Origin: Antedon mediterranea
Lineage: Eukaryota; Animalia; Echinodermata
Direction of reading: 5' to 3'
Assembly (NCBI RefSeq): GCF_964355755.1
Contig: NC_092672.1
Location: 36,896,437 to 36,960,436, forward strand
DNA length: 64,000 nt
The translations under genes and the position numbers were made by a program. The stretch's first letter is position 1; every line of letters begins with the position of its first letter. Positions 12,001 to 24,000 of the stretch are shown here, piece after piece. The notes under the pieces are model-generated. The model had not been told where the DNA came from. It was given only the letters and a program-made list of their open reading frames with translations, and searched no databases.

Positions 12001-15000
12001 ATATGGACAGATCACATCGCATAAACTTTAATATAGTGTAGACAGAGCTTTAGCCTAAGTGTGAATTGTGAATATTGGCCTTCAGGTCTTTAGATGTCCA
12101 ATTTATACATGTCCTTATATTTGTTTCAAACTTTTGGCTGAACGAAAGTCTAACTTGAAACCATAAATGATCATGTGATACCCAGTAGGGTATTTTTCTA
12201 ATCAGGATGATGGCATAGTCCAGACATGTAGCCACTCTCGCTTTCCCTTTCCAAGTTTCCGAATCCGCTGTAGCGGCCAAAAATAAATATATCCAAGGTT
12301 GTGATCAGAAGTTGCAATAGCCAAATATTGTATATCTCATCGTAGAATTGCTGTCTAGTCATGCAAAATCAAAGATTATTTTAATTAATTTCATTTTTGG
12401 TGACGTTTCATAATTTAAATTTGTAGATAACATTGCTTTTTATTAAGCTTACCATAGCATACACAAGCAGATATCTTAGGATCATAATGAAAGTATAACT
12501 AAATATAACATTTTTATCTTTAGTTTGTAATTAGCCACGCCCATTATGTGCAAATAATATAGTAATGTACAAGAGTACATTATGGCAATTAGTTCAAAAT
12601 GAAAAGTAGTTTTAGCAAAAGATAATTTGGTAAAGGGTAATAACAGTGAATCTAAACAAAACTTACTCTTTTTACTCGGGGTACCTGAGTCTAGGACTCA
12701 TCTTCTTCTCTTCCATCCGACACTATTAAGTAAAAAGTGCGATTTATAAAGTACTACTCCTCCCTTATTCGTTGTAGTATTGAGCTGGGATTTGGCATGA
12801 ATATACTACAGGGACATGTCCTCGAAGCTGGATTTTAAAATTTAAAACCGGATGCAGCCATATGACGTCTCGAAGATGATACTGTGTTTGGTAGCAAGGT
12901 TTAAATTGATGTGTATGTGACGTTACATCCCGTCTTATGACATCATTACAGCTTCTTTTGCTGTACCCCGAGTATTGCACATTCGTGCTTGTTATATTCA
13001 TTTCTCATTGAAGCAAAAAAAACGATACATGTACTGTATTGCACTAAATATTAAGTAACAACAAAAAGATTGCTACACAACGAAAGTATTCTTATTATCT
13101 AGCATTTGGAGTTAAGTTACTGTACTTAATAGACATATGAAAACCATAAAGGGGCATTTGAGGAAATGTTAATGATAATGTATGTCTTAATAGCCTTCCA
13201 AACACATTTCACATCTTGTATTGTCAAGGTTACGCTAATAGACCAATTGTAATACTCATGCTATTTTTATGTATTGCATAACATTTTAAGTTTTTTGGAC
13301 TGTTTTAATGTTTGTATATTCGGTATGTTTATACAATAACAATAACATAATAATGATACGAATACCTGATAATGATAATAAAATGATGACATGGATTGTG
13401 GTAGATGCTAACAAAATAATAGATGATTATGCAGAATGCCCAAAATTTCCCATTTTCTGAAACCCAGTGATGTAGCCACAAGAAATAAAGTGGTCCAGTT
13501 TTTACAAGAAATTGGAACAATCTCTATTCAAGCCACAGGATTGTCAAAGGCCTCTGTGAAAAAGTGGTCAGGTTGATAATCTCTGTTCAAGCCACTGGGT
13601 TGTCAAAGGCCTCTGTGAAAAAGTGGTCAGGTTGAAATCTTACCAACCGTACTGGAGGCTACAGCCCTGAAATCAGACGAAAAGATCTAGTTTTTGGAGA
13701 ATTTATCAGTGAAATGATATTAATTATATTGGTTTAATGATTTATTAATGATAATAATGACATTATTTTATCATTTCAGCTCTTCTTTATGGACCATTGG
13801 CAAGAGTGACCAAGATGACGTTAGTTATCAACGTGAGTGTTTGTTAGTATTTTCATGTACAGTAGTTGCATACCTGCCAACATTAACAAGTGGCAAATTG
13901 TATCCGTATCATTACATAATTTTCTTGAGAAAAAAAATTGTTAACTGAAATTCAGTCAATGATTATAATAGCTTTTTACTTTAAAAAGTATAATACATAT
14001 AATATAAACATCACAGGCAAAGAATAAATGCTAAACCAACCTGTGATATACTGAAATTTAATTAATTAATTTGGAACGATAAAGATGAGGAAATCTGTGA
14101 GATAGAGAAAAAGTCACCCTACCGAGATTCAAACCTGGAACCTTCTGCTTGATTTCCTAACCATTAGACCACTGGGGCTTTTATGGTATTGTTCAAACTC
14201 GATATATATATATATATTCAAAGGCAAATTACTTATAAACACATTAGGCAATGAACATTAATTCGAAACCGCCCGGTGATATACTGAAATTTTTTAATTA
14301 ATTAATTTGAAACGATAAAGATGAGGAAATCTGTGAGAATGAGAAAAAGTCGTTTCAAATTAATTAATTAAAAAATTTAAGTATATCACCGGGCGGTTTC
14401 GAATTAATGTTCATTGCCTAATGTGTTTATATATATAAAAGTATCTCTTCGGAGATCCCGCCTCGTGAATAAAAATACTGAAAGATGAGGGCGTATCAAT
14501 TTGATCTCTGTTGCGCGTGCGTACAACTGAGGACTAGTGCTGTTCCGCCGTACCACGCCGAGAATGTTAAAGAGTCGTTATCCAATCGAGTTCGAACAAT
14601 ACCATGAAAGCCCCAGTGGTCTAATGGTTAGGACATCTGCATATCAAGCAGGCGGTCCGAGTTCGAGTCTCTTTTTCTCATTCTCACAGATTTCCTCATC
14701 TTTATCGTTTCAAATTAATTATATATATATATATATATAATTATAACTCGAAAAGTGGATTTTTTATTTGTTTTTTTTTAAAGTTGTAGAAACAGCTTGC
14801 TAAACTAATATGTAGCTTACAGCACATTGGGTACAGTTGACACATAGTATATCATATTGACATGCATGAAAGTGATCATTTAACTTTGACTCTTAGCGGT
14901 CAACCACATCCACACCATTGTTTATCCTGTAGTCATTTACTATTGTCAAGATATGTAGTATCCTGTATTTTATGAATAACACTGCTATGAATTTATGGTT

Positions 15001-18000
15001 TTTAATAATTGATGTGTGACACACAAAACAAAAACCTTAAGAACTTAACAAAAATTGATAATAGTAAATTTATATTCCAAGAATAATCTATATGAAGGCC
15101 ATTAATTCCATGAATACGTCTACAGCAGGTTGCACAGTGATCAAAGAACTAGTACCCCTTTAGAAATTTTATTAAACATTTTTTAAATTTCCGGACATTG
15201 AAATACTACAAATACAATACCTTTAAAACCAGTAAATATAATAAGAACTAACAGCAGCAGACAAGAAAAGTACACAAGAGAAGGATGTCCGTATCCTCTG
15301 ACCCAAGGATGGTTTTCCTGTATTGAATTGACTGTTGTGGTTGGAAAATTGGAAATATATCTTTACCTGAATTACTGTTAAATATTTGTCAAAGTTTCTA
15401 GGTAAATTTGTTGATATGCTAATGTTTGTGGTTCAGGTAGACAACGATGTAGTTGATGAAACATGACAATAAACAATACTTAATTTATACTGTCACGTAT
15501 ATAAATCCTATTGGCTACAGTTTACAATAGTCTGCTTTCTGAACAATGCGATTCTTTCATATAATTTGATTATCAATAATATTCTTAAGCTCTGTCCACA
15601 CTATCAAACTAAGTGTGATGTACCCATATATGGACATAATGACATCATATCTCTACCATATTTGGTCATATCATTACCATATTTGAGCACATCATATGTT
15701 TTAAAAATAAAGTTTGATAGTGTAGAGAGTAGTTTATTTAGTAGGCTTTAGTTCGTTTTCTGAGTATAAAGATATTTCCTAAGTATTTCATTTTTATTAC
15801 TTATTTAAGTGAAATATCTTGCTTAAGTGGGTTGATTCAGGATTTAGTAATTGTAAAGATTCATTGAGTACTTTTTGTATTCGACTTGTAAATTTGTGCT
15901 CAACAGAAAGTCATTCGAATAGAAAATGTTGACAACGAAAGCTTTTTCGCTAAGAACAATCTCAATGCCCAAAATACTCCGTTAAAGAAGTACTCAACGG
16001 AAAAACTACTCAACGGTCCACTCGAATACGATAATTGAAGTGATCTAGTTTTTTTTGTATGCATTTTAAAAAAATCTGGTACTACAGTATTTCAGAAGTT
16101 TGGTTCTTTTTATATAGATATGAACCTTCAGTCTATGCTTAGTATGGCATTCTAGCTAATAATAATCTGTAACCTTTAACACCAAGTTCAAACTTAAAAT
16201 TGACAGTATTTATTGTATAATAGAATTGAACTAACTTTTGATAAATATCTGTCCTCACTATAGAATATTTAAAATAAGGTTAACAACAATATCATTTAAG
16301 TGATTTGAATGGAGAATTTAAAGTTGGAATTAGAAAGCAGTATATACTGTAAAGGAGATAAAGTTTTGAATTTTATATTTATTTCATACTGTACTGCATT
16401 TTTTGGATCCTCGGGTATAAGCCCACCCCCCCCCCCCCCCAAGTTGGCGTGATTTCATGTTCAAGGGGGGTGGGCTTATACCCGCGTCAGTACGGTATTT
16501 CATTTGAAAGGTCTGGGCAGTGTCTCTCTTTTAAAAATTAATATGTTCATAAATTATATTATTATATACTTTACTTTAAAGGCATATTCAAGGACCTGAG
16601 CAACATCTCTAAATGTTGGCGAATACAATTCAAAAGATAGACCATTCATTTTTAGCATTTCATTTGAAATAACTTCAAATCCTAAATCATCAATTGTACA
16701 GCGCTTTGGTCACTTGGAAAAGTGCTATATAAATCCAAATTAAATAAATAAAATAAATAAATCTGTTATAAAGACATTAGGAATCAGTTTAATTGTCACT
16801 ACTACACTAAAAAAGGACAATACAGAAATGACTAATAATAATTGACATTTTACTACAATTGTTTGAGTTCAAGCGGTGTTTAAATGCATTTGAATAATAA
16901 TAATAATAACAAATTGTATATGTATCTGTGATGCATGGTCACTTTAAAGTCAATGATCGTAGGACATGATGCATTCCGAACAACTTCCTGTTGTTGGAAT
17001 GGGTCGTCCCATAATATAAAAACCAATTGATTTCTTCCTGAATAGATTCAGGTAGGAAATGTTCAAGCGTATGTGTGTAGTTTCATATCTGTATACAACA
17101 AATATAATTTATCTTCTTAATAACTGTATTCAAGTTTTGCTAGTGATATACATAACTTATTATTATATCTTATTATAGAAAATATCTTCTCGGCACTAAA
17201 AACAATTACATTATGATAAAATATGTTTATATTTTAAGAAACAAGAAAACGTTTTATATCTGTATCCAAAAAATATAATTCATCTTCTTAATAACTGTAT
17301 ACAAGTGATAAAAAAATAACTTTAAACTTATTTATATAGAAAATATCTTCTTGCCGCTAAAAACAATTATATTACAATAAAATACATGTTTATATTTTAA
17401 GAAAGAAGTTTAAATATAATTCATCTTAATAACTGTATACAAGTTGTAGGGATACAAATAAATTTACACTTATTATACAAAATATCTTCTTAAGCGCTAA
17501 TAGCATTTACATTACGATATAAACATGTTTATATTATGAAATAATAAGAAGTTTAATATCTGTATACAAAAAAATATAATTTATCTTATTAATATCTACA
17601 AGTTTTGCTAGTGATATACATAACTTTACATTTATTAAAAATTATCTTCTTGGTGCTAAAAACAATTACACTATGACATATACATGTTTATATTATGAAA
17701 TAATAAGAAGTTTAATATCTGTATACAAAAAATATAATATCTTATTAATATCTACAAGTTTTGCTAGTGATACACATAACTTTACATTTATTAAAAATTA
17801 TCTTCTTGGTGCTAAAAACAATTACACTATGACATATACATGTTTATATTATGAAATAATAAGAAGTTTAATATCTGTATACAAAAAATATAATTTATCT
17901 TATTAATATCTACAAGTTTTGCTAGTGATACACATAATTTTACATTTATTAAAAATTATCTTCTTGGTACTAAAAACATTTACACTATGACATATACATG

Positions 18001-21000
18001 TTTATATTTTAAGTAATTTGATAAAACACGATTCTAAAATAAGAAAGAAAGCAAATGAATAAAAGTGCATAGGTATTGAATATATTCTAAAGTGTACTGG
18101 CACTAACCCAATAAACTGGTCATAACTAAGAAACAAGCCAATACATATTCAATAGAACTGGTTGTGTACACCCTTAATGATAACAAAGGTTTTACATATA
18201 GTTGTGTATTCTATTACTTAACTTTAAGGAAGTATATTTTGAAACTTAGATATTGATAACAAAGAAAATATGAAGACAATATTAATGTCAAAGTTCAAAT
18301 TATATTTCAAATATCTGATGTTTTACTGTACAGTACTTGTATTTGATTGTGTATTTTTAGGGGAAATTCTCAACAATACAAAAGTTAAATTAATCTCAGT
18401 TCTTAATAATTCTGTAACACATTTACATTTAAGTATACACTCTGGAAGTTTAAAGTTCATTATTGAATTTTCCAATTTTACCCTCTTTAGCAAAATTTCA
18501 ATTTCATCAGTTAGGAATCACAACATTTAGATAACAATGCAAATTATGATAATAGTATTCTTGTATATTCAATCATTGAGGGTAACATTTCTAAAACTTG
18601 TTTTGAGGACCTTTGGTCGTATTCACCAATCACACTTAAGTGAGATATTTCTCTTAAATATTTAAGTATTTCCCTTAAATTGTATTCACTTGGATAGGAA
18701 TTTTCAGTGTTTCCCTTAACCTACTGTGAATGGTGAAAAACGGCCACTGAAATCTTTTTGGAAAATACTAGGGTGGTGTGGACAGGAATTAGCCACCCTA
18801 CCACATATGCCGAGGCTTAGTACAATGAGCTCCTAACAACTTATTCCCATACGTTTAAAATGAATATGGGATTTTTTTTTTCTTTCTTTTACAATGTTAT
18901 ATATGTTTTGGTTTTATAGGATCTACTTAAGCACACCCCTGAAGTGCACACTGATTACCAAGTAATGAAGATGCTTCATTCACACTCCAATGAGTTCTTA
19001 CAAAAACAGACGTTTGAAGCACCCAGAGAACGTACTAAAAGTTTTAAATCAAGGGTAAGTGTAAATGCCAGCTATTTGCAACTTTTGTATTTTAAATGTG
19101 ATTCTTTTGTTGTGTAAGGTCATGGTATTAACCAGAAAAAAGCATTTCTATGTAGATGTACAAATGAATTATGGTTTGCCGGTAAATTATAATACTGTAC
19201 TAGGCTTTTTTTTTATTTTGGTTTGAATAAGTCTTTGAAAATGACTACAATGTTGCACTTTTTCTATATCTATTTTCTTATCTTGCTTATTATATATGAA
19301 TCATTTTGAATTTTTTCAAAATTTTTTCAAAATGTTATACACATCCGAGCAACTCGCCAAATACAGAATGGATAAACTATTTTATAATTTATCATGCTTA
19401 CAAACTAGGTCTGATTTGAGGCTTAGGGAGTGCAGTTGAAAGAGTTACAACCCTGGCACTAGGTCAGGATTGAACCCTAGACCTTGGGATTGAAAGGCAA
19501 GAACATTAACAACTATGCTCTTTGTAGTTCTTATGTTTGTACCCTCTCTTGCTCTAAGCTCTGTCCACACTATCAAACGTTATGTGATAAAAAATGTGAT
19601 GTACCAATATATGGACATGATAACATCATATCACTACCATATTTGAGATAGCTTTATAGTGGCACTTCATTTTCTACACTATAATAATTGTTTTCATAAC
19701 ATTTTATAGAAACGATACTTACTAAAAGAAAGTTACTTGGTGGAATGGAATGATGGTGAGAGGCGGTTACGCCATGTTCTTCTGTGGAATGATGTTATAA
19801 TCTGTGCAGCTGAAAAGAGTACAAGGTAAGAAAATGTCTTGTGTCTGAATATTGCTAATTTTATTAATTCCAATTTAAATGTAAATAGCATCACTATTTT
19901 AATGAAAGATGGAAAACACTAATATTTTCCTAGTGTAAATAGGGAGATTTCAATTTGATTGGACTTATGACCTACTCGTATGATGTGTTGTCGGTTGGTC
20001 GTCCACCTGGACCTAGAACAACTCCAAAACTGTGTAAAGGAATGGAGCGAGAAAGAACCACATCATGTGCACAATGATGACCTAAAACTCTGTCTCAAAC
20101 TTTATGTCACTAAAATGTTATGTGCTAGTTTGATAGTGTAGACAGAGCTTTTAAGCTCTGATTTGTGATTTGATTTGTGAGGAATAAGTTAAAACTTGTT
20201 CCTCACAAATCAAAAACTTCCTAACAATGATTGTTTTTATCATTTTATAGAACTGTATTTAACCAAGAGAAACAAAAAGGACAATATGAATGTAAATGGT
20301 GCATCCCACTCACAGAGATTTCGCTGTCAGCTTTCGACCAATCAGAAGGTTTGTTTCTTATTAGTACAATACAGACAATGTTTACTTTTACATTTATAGT
20401 TATCTGAAAAATATTAGTTTAAAAAAATTTATTTTGTAAAGATACCATCTAAACAATAACATTTGATAAGAATTTATCATAGACAATTTTTTTTATTAAA
20501 ATTTCATAAAAATAATAGTGGAACATAAAAATAGAAGCATTCTTTGTTTTTCTCATTAGGATTTGTAAAAGTTTATAATTAAATTTCAGCTAGAGTTCAC
20601 TGGACTACTAGAAAGGTGTTTGTTAGTCCTAATAAAATACCAGTTAATGTTTATCACTCTGGCACATAGGCAATGCATTCACATTAATGTGGTGTAAGTT
20701 TTAGAGAAATACTTCCAAAGGTAATTGATTTAAGATGATACTGTAAAATAATATTAGATACATTGGAAATGGAATATCAAGTACTGTATTGAGGTTTGCT
20801 AGTTATAGGCTTGATGTAGTAAACAACTAACGTCTACACTATCAAGCTTTATGTGACAATGAAATGTGATGTGCCCATATATGTACATGATGATGTCATA
20901 TCGCTACCATATGTAAGTATATCACTACCATATTTAGACACATCACACTTTTTTGTCAAACTAGTTTGATAGTGTAGACAGAGCTTGATATACATGATGT

Positions 21001-24000
21001 CATATCACTACCATATTTAGGCACATCACACTTTTTTTGTCAAACTAGTTTGATGGTGTGGACAGAGCTTAAGAATCATTTCCTTATACAGTTTTTACAA
21101 TAACTAAACATTAGTTTAAACTACTCTGTTTAATAAGGAAGAGAAACTGCAACACTAAATATCTTAGATAATTAACTTTCAAGAGGTTTATAAACAAGAA
21201 CATTGTTTAGTGTGTTTGATACCAGATAATAAAATGTATTGTTTAAAGTAGGAACTTAATATTAATAGAGAACATCGAGTGGTATTCACTGCTATCATAA
21301 CAATGTAATAGGCGCTGGTCTTCACTGTTGTCTTCATAACAACATATTTATATATATATATATACAGACTTTTTAACAAGTATGGTAGCACTGGCTAACT
21401 TATTATTATCTATATATAATACTATTATTTTATAAACATTACAGTCACAGAATAAATTCTAAACCACCTGGTGAAATACTGAAATTTAATTAATTAATTT
21501 GAAACGATAAAGATGAGGAAATCTGTAAGAATGAGAAAAAGTCGCCCCAACTGAGATTCAAACCCGGAACCATCTGCTTGATATTTAGATATCCTAACCA
21601 TTAGATCACTGGGGCTTTTATGGTATTGTCCAAACCTGATTGTATAGCGACTCCAACAATCTCATTGTGGTACGGCGGAACAGCACTAGTCCCTCAATTG
21701 TATGCACGCGCACCAGAGATCAAATTGATACGCCCTCATCTTTCCCTCAATTGTATGCATGTGCACTATACTGTATACCAAATTAATACGCCCTCATTTT
21801 TCAGTATTTTATTTACGAAGCAAGATCTCCAGGAGATACTTTTATATAACTCAAACCTCCTCTAATACTAGGGCCATTTAATCTGGGGCATCTTTTAATT
21901 CCACTTAACCATTGTAAATGTTGTGTGTGTGTGTGTGGAGAAACAGTAAAACAAACAACAAACGATTTAGTAATGTTGGAACAGAAATTGCTCACCTGGT
22001 TGTTGGGGTATACACCTGTGTATTATATTCAAATTTGTATTCATTTTTTAACTGGGATTCTTTTGTTATGCAAATATCTATAAGTTATTATAGTTTATTA
22101 TTGTCATCATTATCATTATCAAATTTCTCATTGTCATTTTCATTACAACATTGGCATCAATCTATAGTACCTACATGAATTATGAAGATGAGCATACCTC
22201 ATAGAGTTCACAGGATTTATCATATTATGTTTATCTCCTTCTCTTATGATTTTGCATGACATTGTTTTTAAGATATAATTTTAATATAATTTGCATAATT
22301 AACTGTATATATGATTTAATATGCTAACACATGTGAATGATACTGCTCTATTTTATGCATGTATTATAATATTAATTTGCATATTTAAAATTCAATGCAT
22401 TTATATCGCATGTAACTACTGATTTTATATCTATATCTTACTCATATTTATCATTTATGATTTGATATTTAGTGAAGGGCATATTTCTTTATATTACTTT
22501 GTTTTAACCATGATTTTAGTTATGCAAATATATGCAAATTATTATTAACATAATGTTAAATGCTACTATCACCTAACATCATTCGCTTATTTGTTTCCTT
22601 ATGCTTTCTCATCTTTGATTAGCACCATGCCACTTTGATGTATCCTCTTCACTGTACTCCCTCATGTCACTCTCTACCCTTGCCACTCCCATCGTCCAAT
22701 CAGGTGAGAGATGGTTGTATTTTAGTTTTTATAGATCGTCAGGCCCGTGGCCAGCGTTTCTCATGAACAAAAAGATATAGAAAATAGAAATTTCCTACAT
22801 ACAATGTTGTTGTTGTGAAAAATGATTACATTTATTTTATGTTTTTTTGTGATTTTCTTAAACAATATACACTTAGCTCAAACCTTAAAAATCACCCTGG
22901 CTATGGGCCTGCCATAAGTTAATTGTGAATTAAAACGTAAAAATTCTCGAATTCAGTACTTTATATATTTAAGTGTACTCTTAATTATAAATGTTTAGTT
23001 TGGTTTTAAGGTAGATCAGTAAATAAACAAATATTTAGAGTGTAATTGACTTATGATCTTGATAACAAATGACAATACGAGTCAAATGGCTGAGTGGTTA
23101 AGGCAGGGGCCGTCGTTTATCATACCTACAGAACCAACCCAGTTCATCATTCGAGACAAGTAGGAGGTTACCCCGGTGAACTGGTTCACAAAATAGCCCC
23201 TGTATCAGAGGGATTTTCACCTATCTGATAGGACAGTGATTAATTTACTCTTGCTAATCATTGGCCACATTTTTAAAAATACCAAATTAATTTTGCTTAT
23301 TTTCGGTTTTCTTAGGTGAGCCACAGGTGAAGCTAACGGGTGCGGAGGATCTTAGGAAGCTTAAGAAAGAGATCTCAATGATCAAAACTCAAGTTAGAAG
23401 AACTTCTGGACAAGTTAGTTTATGCCTCTTCCTTATTTAGAAATATATTTAAAAAGTCTATGTACAGTTGTGTTTTACCAATTTTATCTATTAAGTGTCT
23501 GATAATTTTGGCTGCCAGTCATTTCGCTCACCGTTTGTGAAATAATTTTTAAAATAATTTACTCACTATTGTCTTTATTGAGGAGAAGTGCTATGGTCAG
23601 TATTTGAATTTGTCCCGGTGGATTATTTCTGTAACATTTTTGTTTTTTGTAGGCCGACCTATATAATATTTGATTGCGTGATATTTTATGTATATTAAAT
23701 TTTATTTTGTCATTCAAATTTATAGCGGAATTTTAGGAAAAATGCAAACAAACACAAGAAAGCATTACAAGAACTTGTAAGTATAATTTACCAATAGATG
23801 CACTTATTATGTTCAAATAACATAGTATAAAACTGACTCCAAATACCAGAAATTTAAAATGCTACGAGAAATTAAAGAAGACCAAACTTGAATTATTCAT
23901 GGCTTGTCTCTCATTATTTGGAGTCAGTTTTATACTATTGTAAGTATTTATTTATAACAATTTAGGCAAACTGTCCAAAAAACCCCCAATAAAATAGTAC

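Noticed and set aside
12050-13001. GC-richer intronic segments with minus-strand ORFs (12050-12280, 12765-13001), possibly a nested gene
   Set aside because: No recognisable domain and no consistent exon chain in any frame.
17046-17051. 6-nt micro-exon (tag|ATTCAG|gtagg)
   Set aside because: It would insert two residues into the conserved DH helix (TLVIN-DLLKHTP), and there is no supporting motif context. Chance occurrence is plausible.
21543-21615. Functional tRNA gene
   Set aside because: Individual copies carry stem mismatches or deletions and sit in a dispersed repeat. Reported as mobile-element cargo instead.
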